This document shows, in pieces, positions 48,949 through 59,157 of a stretch of 64,000 nucleotides of DNA. Source of the DNA: Candidatus Poribacteria bacterium (GTDB taxonomy: Bacteria > Poribacteria > WGA-4E > PCPOR2b). The notes under the pieces are model-generated. The model was not told the origin of the DNA. It did no database searches and saw only the letters and a program-made list of their open reading frames with translations. How positions within the stretch are numbered: the stretch's first letter is position 1; each line of letters begins with the position of its first letter. The DNA is taken from contig OZ240245.1 of the NCBI GenBank assembly GCA_965198175.1, positions 3,936,001-4,000,000 of the forward strand. Reading direction: 5' to 3'. The position numbers and the translations under genes are program-made.

Positions 48949-50130
48949 ATGAATCTTGACGAAATCCAACGCATTCTCAAATCATACGAGATTGACGGCT
49001 GGCTGTTATATGACTTCCGCGGAATCAACCCGATTGCGCAGCGTGTCGCCGGCATGGCAGAAATCACGATAACGCGACGCTGGTTCTGCTATATTCCATC
49101 AAGTGGCGATCCGACCTGGCTGATTCACCGGATTGAACAGTCCCATTTTTCCCAAGTTTCCGGTCGGATAAAAAGCTACATGAGTTGGCGTGAGCTTCAC
49201 CATGAAATCAAGACCCTGCTCTCAGATAGCGGTAGGGTAGCGATGGAATATTCCCCCAACGCCTCGATCCCATATGTCTCAAGGGTAGATGCAGGCACAC
49301 TCGAACTGATACAATCCTTTGGCGTTCAGGTTGTCTCCTCCGCCAATCTGGTGCAGCACATTGAGGCACGTTTGACAGAAGACCAGCTTGAAACACATCG
49401 GGAAGCGGCACGTCTGATTTTAGAGGTGAAAGACCTCGCCTTTGCTTGGATTAGCACACAAGTCAAAGCCGGCAAACCCATATCGGAATATGATGTCCAA
49501 TGTTTTATCCTGGAGCGATTTGACGCCATGAACCTTACCGCGGAACATCTGCCGATTGTGGCAGTGAATGCGAACAGCAGCGCCCCACACTATTTCCCAA
49601 CCCCCGCCGAACACCAGCCGATTAAAGAAGGTGATTTTATTCTAATCGATCTGTGGGCAAAAAAAGATTCGCTAAACGCGGTTTATGCGGACACAACATG
49701 GGTCGCCTATGCTGGAAAGCAGGCTCCAGAGCAGTACGTCAAAATCTTTGAGATTGTCCGCAACGCTCGCGATCGTGCTGTCACATTTATCCGTGACATG
49801 ACGGCAGCGTGCAATATGATCTACGGCTATGAGGTCGATGATGTTGCGCGGGCTTATATTGCGGAGAAGGGATACGGCGAGTTTTTTGTCCACCGCGTGG
49901 GACATAACATTGGCACAGAAATACATGGGAATGGTGTCAACATGGACAACTTCGAAACCCGAGATGAGCGCCCTCTTATCCCCGGTATCTGTTTTTCAAT
50001 TGAGCCGGGAATTTACCTGCCCGAATTTGGGATTAGAAGCGAAATTGACGTTTTTTTAGCTCATCCAAAGCAAGGCGGCGCAATAGTGACAACCGTCCCA
50101 GTTCAAAATGAGGTATTGTTACTGCTGTAA
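48949..50130 (+). CDS. M24 aminopeptidase P family metallopeptidase
   Basis: PHY, LIDLW, YAD.T, HRVGH.IG, FSIEPGIY, RSE. Confidence 0.9.
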   Translation: MNLDEIQRILKSYEIDGWLLYDFRGINPIAQRVAGMAEITITRRWFCYIPSSGDPTWLIHRIEQSHFSQVSGRIKSYMSWRELHHEIKTLLSDSGRVAMEYSPNASIPYVSRVDAGTLELIQSFGVQVVSSANLVQHIEARLTEDQLETHREAARLILEVKDLAFAWISTQVKAGKPISEYDVQCFILERFDAMNLTAEHLPIVAVNANSSAPHYFPTPAEHQPIKEGDFILIDLWAKKDSLNAVYADTTWVAYAGKQAPEQYVKIFEIVRNARDRAVTFIRDMTAACNMIYGYEVDDVARAYIAEKGYGEFFVHRVGHNIGTEIHGNGVNMDNFETRDERPLIPGICFSIEPGIYLPEFGIRSEIDVFLAHPKQGGAIVTTVPVQNEVLLLL

Positions 50131-50791
50131 CTTTGTAGTTGCGTCTTTTTAGATCGACTAACACTTTGTTGAAATATATTTGACAGTTAATGATCCACTG
50201 CATCACGTCCAGCGGGTTCTGATCGTCTCTTACAAGGTTTGCAACGCCGAGGCGGTAGACGAGATACCGTTTGTCATCACGGGTTTTCTGTTCTGGTACA
50301 AGAGTTCTGTCTAGATCGGCGTCGATGCCACCATCAATTTCAAGAACCCAGAAAAAATAATCTTCGTTATACCCGAGATAACCCATCTCGACATCAAGGC
50401 GATTATCAGTTTCTGTGGGCAGGGACACTATCCCAAAGTTTCGATTTAGAACCTGCGGATAGATTGCGCTTAGAAAAATCTGTTCAAAGCCAGCGGGGTG
50501 CTTTGCGCGACTGAGAAGTTCCAACAATTTTTGTCGGTCTTCCATCTTGAGTTTGAGGCAGATCTGTGCGAAAACCTCATTACGCAGGCTCATCACGCTT
50601 TGATCTAAAGGAATTAGGTGCTTGATGAGGTCCTTAATTGCACGGCGTTTCAGAGAAATATTCCAGAGCAGCCAACGTCCAAGCTGATACCATGTCTCCA
50701 TATACAGGAGACGCCTTGGCGAAATATATCTGAGTTTCTGAAGAACTTGCCTGAACCGATTTTCATGGAGTGCTAGATTTTGTTGATTCAC
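50033..50791 (-). CDS. Hypothetical protein, weak DUF559/endonuclease-like motif
   Basis: Long ORF following the M28 gene; RLD...LEIDG...Q..RD..R pattern; start uncertain (GTG 50791). Confidence 0.45.
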   Translation of the reverse strand: MNQQNLALHENRFRQVLQKLRYISPRRLLYMETWYQLGRWLLWNISLKRRAIKDLIKHLIPLDQSVMSLRNEVFAQICLKLKMEDRQKLLELLSRAKHPAGFEQIFLSAIYPQVLNRNFGIVSLPTETDNRLDVEMGYLGYNEDYFFWVLEIDGGIDADLDRTLVPEQKTRDDKRYLVYRLGVANLVRDDQNPLDVMQWIINCQIYFNKVLVDLKRRNYKVTAVTIPHFELGRLSLLRRLALDELKKRQFRF

Positions 50792-50849
50792 AGATTCACC
50801 TGTTTCAAATACCCCAACGTAATTGTGCTCAATGTTGTTGAACGGTCCT

Positions 50850-51827
50850 CTACAACCCCGAATAGACAATACTTAACACCAACCGTCCGACGACTTCCAA
50901 ACTGTTAGGGCTACATTTATCTGGCGTATCTTCAACTGTATGCCAATACGGGTAATCGAAGTCGATAATATTGACGGTTGAAACACCTGCATCAATCAGT
51001 TGTAAGTGATCATCAACAACTGCGCCGCCCAACCGGCGCTGAAACGCCGAGAGTCCAATTTCCTCGGCACGTCTCCAAATCGCCTCTGTCAATTCTCGAT
51101 CGGCGTTCCAAGAATACCGTTCCATGGGCAATTCCAGATCTCGATCGCCAACCATGTCTAATAGAACACCGAAATCCGCTGTCCAACTTCTCATATTCTG
51201 TGCAAAATATCGAGATCCAAGGAACATGTTCGATACTGTTTTCCCATAATCTTCACCGTCAAACAAAACGATAATCACCGGATTCGGAGGTGGATTGGAT
51301 TTTAAGACCCGCGCAACTTCCAGAAGAACGGCAACTCCGGATGCCCCATCGTTAGCACCAAGAATCGGTTTGTTCCGGTTCGCTGGATTTGGATCCCTGT
51401 CTGCAAATGGGCGGGTATCCCAATGCGCGGCGAGGAGAATTGTTCCACCCCCATCGCCTCCAAACCGGGCAAGAATGTTATTCATCTGAACAGATTGATT
51501 TTGTTGGCGGAATTCAAATGGCTGAAACGTAACCTCTTGGGCAAATTTTTCAAGTTGAGCAAAGAGATATGCTTGTGTTTTTTGGTGTGCGATAGATCCA
51601 GGGACACGCGCACCGAATTCGCACTGCTTTTCCAGATATGCAAAGGCACGCTCCCCACTGAAACTCTTACTATCAATCTGCTCTTCCGCTAAACTGTTCG
51701 AGGTATCATCCGCAGAGGCTTCCAATCTCGGGCACACCATAAACTCCAGCCGATTGGCGCCGAGAAGGAGACACGACAGCACACCCCATAGTAACACTTG
51801 CTTGAAATTCTGAGAAAAAGGATTCAT
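50850..51827 (-). CDS. M28 family peptidase / glutaminyl cyclase-like
   Basis: AHWDTRP, GANDGASG, DGED, LDMVG, DDH, YWHT. Confidence 0.88.
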   Translation of the reverse strand: MNPFSQNFKQVLLWGVLSCLLLGANRLEFMVCPRLEASADDTSNSLAEEQIDSKSFSGERAFAYLEKQCEFGARVPGSIAHQKTQAYLFAQLEKFAQEVTFQPFEFRQQNQSVQMNNILARFGGDGGGTILLAAHWDTRPFADRDPNPANRNKPILGANDGASGVAVLLEVARVLKSNPPPNPVIIVLFDGEDYGKTVSNMFLGSRYFAQNMRSWTADFGVLLDMVGDRDLELPMERYSWNADRELTEAIWRRAEEIGLSAFQRRLGGAVVDDHLQLIDAGVSTVNIIDFDYPYWHTVEDTPDKCSPNSLEVVGRLVLSIVYSGL

Positions 51828-51844
51828 AAGTTCACCGCTTACGC

Positions 51845-52444
51845 TTAAATCTCTCGGCGACCTTCTAAGGCTTTAGCAAGTGTGACTACGTCAATATATT
51901 CGAGATCGCCTCCAGCGGGAATTCCATAAGCAATTCGAGTAATTGGGATGCCTAAGTCTTCCAGATATTTTTTCAGATAGAGTGCAGTGGCTTGCCCCTG
52001 AGTGGTATAATTTGTTGCAACAATTACCTCTCTGATATCCTCATTGTTAATCCGCTTGAAGAGCGCATCAATTCTGAGATCTCTAGGTCCAACACCATCT
52101 AGAGGGGAAAGCACACCCATGAGGGTATGATATACACCTTTGTATTCGTTTGTACGTTCAATCGCTAAGAGATCATCAGGCTCCTCAATGACACAAATGA
52201 CTTGGTGATCGCGGTCGGCATCTGTGCAAATGTTACAGGGGTTCCGATCTGTGATGTTTCCGCAAGTTGTACAATAAGAGAGATGGGTTTTGACATCGGA
52301 AATGGCTCGCGCCAACTTTGTCGTATTCTCAACTGGCATTTTAATCATAAAAAACGCCAAACGTTGCGCGGTTTTCGGACCAATCGTGGGCAACTTCTGC
52401 AATTCGCTTATTAGTCTTGCCAGAGGTTCAGGGTAATGGATCAT
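51845..52444 (-). CDS. recR: Recombination mediator RecR
   Basis: LPTIGPKTAQRLA, C4 zinc finger, Toprim domain. Confidence 0.96.
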   Translation of the reverse strand: MIHYPEPLARLISELQKLPTIGPKTAQRLAFFMIKMPVENTTKLARAISDVKTHLSYCTTCGNITDRNPCNICTDADRDHQVICVIEEPDDLLAIERTNEYKGVYHTLMGVLSPLDGVGPRDLRIDALFKRINNEDIREVIVATNYTTQGQATALYLKKYLEDLGIPITRIAYGIPAGGDLEYIDVVTLAKALEGRREI

Positions 52445-52470
52445 TTTGGGATTGACTTTGGATTATCGAT

Positions 52471-52779
52471 CTACATGAGTCCTGGAATTTTGAGCCCTCC
52501 AGTCAACTTGCCCATTTCCTGGTTCATTAATTCTTGAGCTTCGTTTCGGGCTTCATTCGCAGCGGCAACAATCAGGTCCTCAAGGATTTCCACATCATCT
52601 GGGTCTACCACATCGGGAGAAATTTTTATCGATACTAACTCCTGCTGACCATTAACGACGGCTGTCACCATACCGCCTCCGACGGTTGCTTCGACAGTAC
52701 GGTTGGCAAGTTCTTCTTGAATTTCAAGCATGCGTTTTTGCAGTTGCTGCGCTTGCTTCATAAGATTGTTCATCTTCAT
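52471..52779 (-). CDS. ybaB: YbaB/EbfC nucleoid-associated protein
   Basis: MKQAQQ, GGGMV, LEDLI.AA.N; located between dnaX and recR. Confidence 0.95.
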   Translation of the reverse strand: MKMNNLMKQAQQLQKRMLEIQEELANRTVEATVGGGMVTAVVNGQQELVSIKISPDVVDPDDVEILEDLIVAAANEARNEAQELMNQEMGKLTGGLKIPGLM

Positions 52780-52968
52780 TTCGATTACCTCTCAAGAATA
52801 TAGGTTATTTTACGACTTGTGCGAAGTCCTTCTATAGTTATGTAACTCATCGTCCTGCATAGCACAGGCTTGGGCAAATGCCGTTTCGATGAGGAATAGC
52901 ACAACGATATGCTGCGGGCGGTAAGCGGAATATCGCTCCTTTGCTCTAAACATTACGAACACAAGTTA

Positions 52969-54726
52969 CTATTTGGGTTCAATTTTAAGAATCTTAGCTT
53001 CAAAGAGATTGAGAGCCGGGGCAAGTTGTGCATCTCGTTCAACCTCAGATTGAAACATCATTGAGGCTGTTTTCTGTGCGGTTTTCGAGGTCGTCATCGG
53101 ATTCATATCAGCGGACGTGCTTGAAGCAACGAACTCGATTTGAACGGGATGTCCAATTAAATTCCTCAGAAATTGTACAACAAGAGTCTTCTCCTCATCA
53201 CTAATAATAGATCCACTTGCCAAAGCAGAAGGACAAGCAATTTTCAGTTTTGGAACAGCGTCGGGTGCGGGACCATTGTTTTCTTGAATGGGTAACGGCG
53301 TGGTCGTTTTAAGGTATACATATAGCGCCATATTTTCGGCTCGCAATGTTTGTAAGACCTGTTCCCAAACTTTCCCAAGCTGCTTTGAATCGCGAAGCAA
53401 AGTGTAATCATGTGAGGGGCTAGATTTGAAGTTTGTTTCAGGCTGAATCTTCTCATGGTGATGCGCGAGCTTGGGATTCGTCTGGTCGGCAGCCGATTCG
53501 GAATCAATTTGAGGCGGTGAAGAAAAAGACTGATTTTGGACGACACTGTGTCTGTCAATTTTATCTTCAATCTCCGATAGCCTTCTGACAATCTCTCCCA
53601 GTTGAATGCCTTCTTGAATCGAGCACATATCAATCAGGGCAGATTCAAGGTGGACTTGGGCATACCCATGACGCTTGATCTCGCTATTTGTTCTAGTCAA
53701 AATTTTGATAATCCGCGATAAACGCTCCGGGGTAGTTTGATCCGCTTGTTCCCGCATTCGTTTGAGTTCCGACCTCGAACCCTGAATTAAATTCTCCAGA
53801 TTTGAGTTAATTGCTAGAATCCTTAACTGTCTAAAATAAGTAATGAGTTGGTGTAAGCATTGGAGTAAGTCCACCCCCTGCTTTGCTAGGTTAGCGAGGG
53901 TTTGGAGTGATTCAGATAATTTGCAGTCCAGAATTGCTCGGACGAGTTCATTGATTAGATGTATCGATCCGAATCCCAAAACCCGGTTAATCTTCTCTCC
54001 ATCCAAGATTTTCCCAACTGATGCAATTAATCGCTCCAACAGGTTTTCGGCATCCCTGAGACACCCTTCCGATTGTTGGGCTATTGAAGATAGTCCCTCA
54101 TCGTCAATATGGATATCTTCGGCGGTGCAAATGCTGCGCAGCCGGTTGGCAATCTGATCCAATTCCATGTAGCGAAAGTCGAAATCTTGACAACGGGATA
54201 TAATGGTCTTAGGGATTTTATGGTGTTCAGTTGTTGCGAGGATGAAGATGACGTGCGGGGGAGGTTCTTCAAGCGTTTTCAACAGGGCATTGAAGGCTTC
54301 CTGAGTAAGCATGTGTGCTTCGTCAATGATATATATTTTATAGAGATAAGAAGCCGGCGCAAGTTTGACATTTTCTCGAAGTTCGCGGATAGGATCGATC
54401 CCCCGATTGGATGCCGCATCCATTTCAATCACATCAAAGGATCTGCCCTGAGAGATTCCCACGCAGAACTGACACTGATTACACGGTTCAGCCGTGACTT
54501 CCTGGCCAGATTCTGTCTCTCGATGGCGGTTGGGGCAATTCACCGCCTTTGCCAAAATACGCGCAACCGTTGTTTTACCAGTTCCTCGTGGTCCCCAAAA
54601 CAGGTAGGCATGACCCACCCTATCTGAAAGAATCTGGTTTTTCAAGGTCTTGACAATATGCGTTTGCCCAACGACATCTTCAAATAAGCGGGGGCGCCAT
54701 TTCTGCGCTAAAACCTCATAAGACAT
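52969..54726 (-). CDS. dnaX: DNA polymerase III subunit gamma/tau
   Basis: KWRP..F..VVGQ, GPRGTGKT, DAASN, IDEAHML, LLKTLEEPP, SRC. Confidence 0.96.
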   Translation of the reverse strand: MSYEVLAQKWRPRLFEDVVGQTHIVKTLKNQILSDRVGHAYLFWGPRGTGKTTVARILAKAVNCPNRHRETESGQEVTAEPCNQCQFCVGISQGRSFDVIEMDAASNRGIDPIRELRENVKLAPASYLYKIYIIDEAHMLTQEAFNALLKTLEEPPPHVIFILATTEHHKIPKTIISRCQDFDFRYMELDQIANRLRSICTAEDIHIDDEGLSSIAQQSEGCLRDAENLLERLIASVGKILDGEKINRVLGFGSIHLINELVRAILDCKLSESLQTLANLAKQGVDLLQCLHQLITYFRQLRILAINSNLENLIQGSRSELKRMREQADQTTPERLSRIIKILTRTNSEIKRHGYAQVHLESALIDMCSIQEGIQLGEIVRRLSEIEDKIDRHSVVQNQSFSSPPQIDSESAADQTNPKLAHHHEKIQPETNFKSSPSHDYTLLRDSKQLGKVWEQVLQTLRAENMALYVYLKTTTPLPIQENNGPAPDAVPKLKIACPSALASGSIISDEEKTLVVQFLRNLIGHPVQIEFVASSTSADMNPMTTSKTAQKTASMMFQSEVERDAQLAPALNLFEAKILKIEPK

Positions 54727-54852
54727 GATTTCTCCCTTCAAATTAGCGGGGCGGGGTCAACCTTCGAGAGAAACATCAATGTAGGAACAAGTCACTCTGT
54801 TCCGATAGCATTGCCGATAATAGAAGAGAGGGGAGAAACGGTAGAAAATCTT

Positions 54853-55124
54853 GGCTATGCACCTGAAGCTTGACGCGCTCTCCCAAGCGTTACCCAAGCA
54901 GTTAGCTCCGATTAGGCTGCCCTGCGTCACACCTGAAGATTTATCTGCCGCTGCTTCTTTCCAGACCTGACGGGGTTTGATAACTTCAAGTTGCTCAGGA
55001 CCTAATCTTCAACACCACTTACATGGGCCGGACCTCAAAAGAAACTCGCCGTACCCTAGGAATTCAGCCCTGCTATAGCGGATTGCAGGTTCAGGGCACC
55101 GCTACCTCCCCGCTTAGCATAGCC
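54853..55124 (-). ncRNA. ffs: Signal recognition particle RNA, large (Alu-containing) type
   Basis: 5' GGCTATGCTAAGCGGGGAGGTAGCGGTGCCCTG..CCTGCAATCCGCTATAGCAGGG; helix 8 TCAGGTCTGGAAAGAAGCAGC; paired termini; upstream of dnaX. Confidence 0.92.
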
Positions 55125-55148
55125 AAGGCATTACGAAGGTCAAATCAG

Positions 55149-55236
55149 CGGAGAGAGTGGGATTTGAACCCACGGTACGGTTGCCCGTACACATGATTTC
55201 CAGTCATGCCGATTCAGCCAGCTCTCGCATCTCTCC
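55149..55236 (-). tRNA. tRNA-Ser(GGA)
   Basis: CATGA-CT-GGA-AA-TCATG, long variable arm, no encoded CCA. Confidence 0.93.
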
Positions 55237-55301
55237 GGTAAGCTCACACAAACACAGAAAATGGAACGGTCTGACTACTTGTCAAAAATGAAGGAAAGTA
55301 A

Positions 55302-55373
55302 TGGAGCAGACGGGATTTGAACCCGTGACCTCATCCGTGCGAGGGATGCGCTCTCCCTCTGAGCTACTGCCCC
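55302..55373 (-). tRNA. tRNA-Ala(CGC)
   Basis: CATCC-CT-CGC-AC-GGATG; G3-U70 pair. Confidence 0.92.
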
Positions 55374-55379
55374 ATCAGG

Positions 55380-55467
55380 CGGAGAGAGTGGGATTTGAAC
55401 CCACGGTACGGTTGCCCGCACAGCAGTTTTCGAGACTGCCCGATTCAGCCAGCTCTCGCATCTCTCC
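55380..55467 (-). tRNA. tRNA-Ser(CGA)
   Basis: GCAGT-CT-CGA-AA-ACTGC, long variable arm. Confidence 0.93.
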
Positions 55468-55473
55468 ACAAGT

Positions 55474-55923
55474 TCAAATTCGTCGATTCTGAAAAAAGGA
55501 TTTGAGAAGACAGCTACTCGCTTCTTCTAAGATACCCGATGTAACATCAACTTGGTGATTTAAACATCCATTTTGTAACAGGTTGAACAGCGTCCCAGCC
55601 GCTCCAGATTTGGGATCGGAAGCAGCATAAACAACACGCGGGATGCGAGCCAAGACAACTGCTCCTGCACACATCGGACATGGCTCCAACGTCACATAAA
55701 GGGTGGTGTTAATCAACCGCCAATCACCGATTTTCCTAGAAGCCTCTCGAATCGCAAGCAACTCAGCGTGGGCTGTTGGATCGCTAGTCTGTTCTCGGAG
55801 GTTGTGCGCGCGGGCAAGCACTACACCATTTCTAACAATGATTGCTCCCACAGGAACTTCACCACGTGCAACGCCCTGACGCGCGATCGCCAGCGTTTCA
55901 CGCATCCAGAGCAGATCCGACAT
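55474..55923 (-). CDS. tadA: tRNA adenosine(34) deaminase
   Basis: GEVPVGA, DPTAHAE, VTLEPCPMCAGA, DPKSGA. Confidence 0.95.
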   Translation of the reverse strand: MSDLLWMRETLAIARQGVARGEVPVGAIIVRNGVVLARAHNLREQTSDPTAHAELLAIREASRKIGDWRLINTTLYVTLEPCPMCAGAVVLARIPRVVYAASDPKSGAAGTLFNLLQNGCLNHQVDVTSGILEEASSCLLKSFFQNRRI

Positions 55924-56011
55924 AAATCCCCACAACCTAGAATGTAGGTGCTCGTTTCCAATTGTTTGTATCGTTCATCGGAAATCCTTACCTACCATTT
56001 AACGAGAAATA

Positions 56012-56085
56012 AGCGCCTGAGAGGATTCGAACCCCCGACCTTCTGATCCGTAGTCAGATGCTCTGATCCACTGAGCTACAGGCGC
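56012..56085 (-). tRNA. tRNA-Arg(ACG)
   Basis: TCTGA-CT-ACG-GA-TCAGA. Confidence 0.93.
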
Positions 56086-56092
56086 ATCATCA

Positions 56093-56180
56093 TGGCGGAG
56101 AGGATGGGATTCGAACCCATGGTGGCTTGCGCCACAACTGCTTAGCAGGCAGCCCGATTCAACCGCTCTCGCACCTCTCC
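56093..56180 (-). tRNA. tRNA-Ser(GCT)
   Basis: GCTGC-CT-GCT-AA-GCAGT; encoded CCA. Confidence 0.93.
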
Positions 56181-56195
56181 ACAATGTATACTGAA

Positions 56196-56283
56196 TGGCG
56201 GTGGGAGTAGGATTTGAACCCACGGTGACTTGCGCCACAACGGTTTTCAAGACCGCCGCATTCAACCACTCTGCCATCCCACC
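56196..56283 (-). tRNA. tRNA-Ser(TGA)
   Basis: GCGGT-CT-TGA-AA-ACCGT; encoded CCA. Confidence 0.93.
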
Positions 56284-56298
56284 TCAAAACATTTAGTT

Positions 56299-56328
56299 AT
56301 TGTACCAAAAAAAAACAGTCGTTGTCAA
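56299..56328 (-). promoter_or_regulatory. Sigma-70 promoter of the tRNA/tadA/ffs cluster
   Basis: TTGACA-N18-TACAAT with extended TG, immediately upstream of tRNA-Ser(TGA). Confidence 0.7.
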
Positions 56329-56539
56329 TGGAAAATCAGATGATGAAAGGTCACATGTTGCTTTTGTTAGACCGGTACTCCCGATACTAAGCCTAACCAC
56401 TTTTATTCCATGTGAATATTGATTTTTGTGGAGGAATCGTATGACTTAACTATTCTTTCCCTTTTCGTACACCTCCACTTCTTTTATTTTTGGAGGGATC
56501 CAATACATCACACGTCGGAACTCACTCATTTACAGACAT

Positions 56540-57463
56540 CTAGTCCCAGACACCAATATTCTGTAGAATGCTCTTTTTGATCTTACAAACCATCGTATAA
56601 GCAGGATTGAAAACATTGCCAAGATCGTATTCCACGCACTGACCAAGCAAGATGTGTGCCGCGTTTCCTTCCAAACCTAATTCTTCAAGCCAATGAATCA
56701 TCTCTGTTGTTGCATACTGCACCGCTCCATCCAGAGGCCGTGCGTTGCCAACCGTCAGAAGATACGTATCATTTTCTGCCCTGGGCCAATTGATTTGCTT
56801 CTCTTTTAGCAAATTGACGGTGAACTGGACATCGAAAGAGATTTCTATTCCTGTACCGACAATCTCGCCATCTCCCTGTAAGGCGTGTCCATCGCCGATG
56901 TGAAACAGCGCACCGGGCACGAAGACAGGCAGGTAGACCGTGACGCCTTCAACAAAACCGCGATAGTCCATATTGCCGCCGTGCGTCGAGGAAGTTGCCG
57001 TAGAGATTGCTTGTCCTTGTGGCGGAGCGACGCCAAAACAGCCAACCATAGGTGCTAACGGCAGCGTAAGGGTCCCCAATTTTGTCTCTGGAGAAATCAA
57101 GGTAGCCGTCCACTCCTCTAAATCAATTTCCCATTCTGCCGGTCCATCTTTCGGCAAACTTGAAGCAACATAATACGGGTCAAGGACGTTCGGGGCAACA
57201 ACTGTCAGCGTTCGTCCAATCTTCCGATTGGGCGCAATCCGGTCGAAATGAAGGACGAATGTATCCTCCGGCTCCGCACCGGTGATGTAAAACGGGCCTG
57301 TCTGAGGGTTGCCCCTCGGCGCCACTTTTTCATCGGCGGCATCATGTCCCCAAGCATCCACCGTCGTTGTGATGACGGTATCGCCGCTTTCAATGTGTAG
57401 CACCGGCTCGTGTGAACCAATCGCTGTATGATAAACGGTAGGTTGAAAGTGATGGATAGCCAT
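56540..57463 (-). CDS. Acetamidase/formamidase family protein
   Basis: NPQTGPF.I.GAEP.D, PMVGCFGVAP, HGGNMD, GDGHA.QGDGE. Confidence 0.9.
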   Translation of the reverse strand: MAIHHFQPTVYHTAIGSHEPVLHIESGDTVITTTVDAWGHDAADEKVAPRGNPQTGPFYITGAEPEDTFVLHFDRIAPNRKIGRTLTVVAPNVLDPYYVASSLPKDGPAEWEIDLEEWTATLISPETKLGTLTLPLAPMVGCFGVAPPQGQAISTATSSTHGGNMDYRGFVEGVTVYLPVFVPGALFHIGDGHALQGDGEIVGTGIEISFDVQFTVNLLKEKQINWPRAENDTYLLTVGNARPLDGAVQYATTEMIHWLEELGLEGNAAHILLGQCVEYDLGNVFNPAYTMVCKIKKSILQNIGVWD

Positions 57464-57486
57464 GTTCTGTTCTCCAGTTTTTTCTA

Positions 57487-58449
57487 CTACCAAAGGTTGC
57501 CCGAGGGCGGCACGAGTCGAAAATGTGCAATCTCCGGCAGTGTCATAAACCGGATTGGGAGGCCAATCACACCGAGTCCACGACAAACATAGAGTCTAGA
57601 TTGACCGACATAGAAGAGCCCAGCAAGATATTTTCTACCAATCTTTGGCGGGACAAATGGCAACGAAATCTGCCCCCCATGGCTGTGTCCTGATAACACC
57701 AAATCGAACCGATGGTGGGCGATGGATTCAATTGGATAGGGATTGTGCATCAAGAGGATTCGTGGTTCAGCAGATGACGGTACGGCGGCTAAAGCTCTCT
57801 CTAAATCAAAATCCCCTGATAAAAAATCATCACAGCCGATGAGCCATAGGCGATCCCCGCCTCGACGCAGAGGTACAGACTCGTTCATCAAAACTCTGAT
57901 TCCCGCATCGGTCAAAGCATTGAACACTACATCGCCATCACCCTTCCAGCGTTTTCGCCGAGGGAACACGCTGTTTTCGAATCTAGGCGTTGATGTTCCA
58001 TTTGCGCTCCAACACTTCTTTCGCTGAAGAAATATCCCATTCTCAGAAGCGTCATGCCCGTGATCGTGATTGCCTAGCACCGCACACACCGGAATGCCTG
58101 ACCCAATGATGATTTTTCGAATCGCCTGTGCCAGAGGCTCCACGTACTTTGCCTGACGAGTAATGTAGTCGCCTGTGAGGACAACCAGATCCGGTCGTAA
58201 ACGAACCACCTTCCACAAACAGGCTCGGAGGTAATTCAGTTTGACAATTGAACTGTGGTGCAGGTCAGTGAGTTGAACAATTGAAAACCCATCGAAGGAG
58301 GGAGGAAGATTATTAATCCTAATATGGTGTTGGGTGATTTCGACCCATTTCGGTTCAATTAAAGCGGCATAATTTGTTAATGTGATACCACTGATGCCAA
58401 CAGTGTGAAGAAATCTGTGCAAGAATTTAGGTGGTTTTTGTCGCATCAC
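57487..58449 (-). CDS. Metallophosphoesterase (YkuE/YaeI-like)
   Basis: DLH, TGD, LGNHD, HNP, SGHSHGGQ. Confidence 0.9.
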   Translation of the reverse strand: MMRQKPPKFLHRFLHTVGISGITLTNYAALIEPKWVEITQHHIRINNLPPSFDGFSIVQLTDLHHSSIVKLNYLRACLWKVVRLRPDLVVLTGDYITRQAKYVEPLAQAIRKIIIGSGIPVCAVLGNHDHGHDASENGIFLQRKKCWSANGTSTPRFENSVFPRRKRWKGDGDVVFNALTDAGIRVLMNESVPLRRGGDRLWLIGCDDFLSGDFDLERALAAVPSSAEPRILLMHNPYPIESIAHHRFDLVLSGHSHGGQISLPFVPPKIGRKYLAGLFYVGQSRLYVCRGLGVIGLPIRFMTLPEIAHFRLVPPSGNLW

Positions 58450-59157
58450 ATGAGACTACCCCCTAGCAGCCATGAAAACCTTTTTAAGGAACAACCGCGC
58501 ACAATCCCTCGTAAATGATATGACTCCATCAGGAAAACATAGATTTTGTTGGGTGGGAATACGAAGGAGGCAAAATGTATTGTTGGTGATAGAATAACAT
58601 AAAACCTGCAACTTTTGCAAGATGAAGAAAAGACTTCACCGATTCCTCAATGGACGTAGGGATTAGAGATTCAATCGAAATCAGCACGATTAATACCAGC
58701 ATCTGTAACGCTGGTATACGAAAGTTGTTAATCTGTGAGAGTGTGCAAGGTTGATTCGCCTCTGTCGAACATTGCACCTACAGCGTTCTTGAGCAGAGCG
58801 AATGGCACCCGCTTGCGTAAATTCGAGTCAATTTTTTTTCCGTGGTGATGAAGAGAGGGAAGCGCCTTCATAACCCGGACCGCCCAGTCATGCTGCCAAA
58901 GCGTACAGTGGCGGATATTTCTTGCTTTTTATGTTGACGGCATAGACACGCAATTATACAATAGAGTTGGACTTCTGTTGGGATAACCTCTACTGTGAAC
59001 TAGTACCATGTGATATGCAGGTTATATTAAATTTCCCCGGTTTTGGAAGGCTGCCCTGACTATTGTCAGTTCCAGTCACAACCCATCAACGTGATTTGAG
59101 CATATCCTAAATTGTGAATTGGCACAGTTGAGAATGCGGATATCCGGTTAATGTTGA

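Noticed and set aside
52969..54726. Programmed -1 frameshift in dnaX
   Set aside because: The ORF is continuous and I saw no AAAAAAG slippery site or long A-run on the coding strand.
55275..56277. Short ORFs 55275..55469, 55301..55492 and 55999..56277
   Set aside because: They overlap tRNA genes and are spurious.
58803..58817. Sigma-54 promoter TGGCACCCGCTTGCG
   Set aside because: GG-GC spacing is 9 rather than the required 10.
58450..59157. Gene or ncRNA in the 700-nt divergent intergenic region
   Set aside because: Only promoter-like hexamers and an 82-aa ORF without features; nothing supportable.
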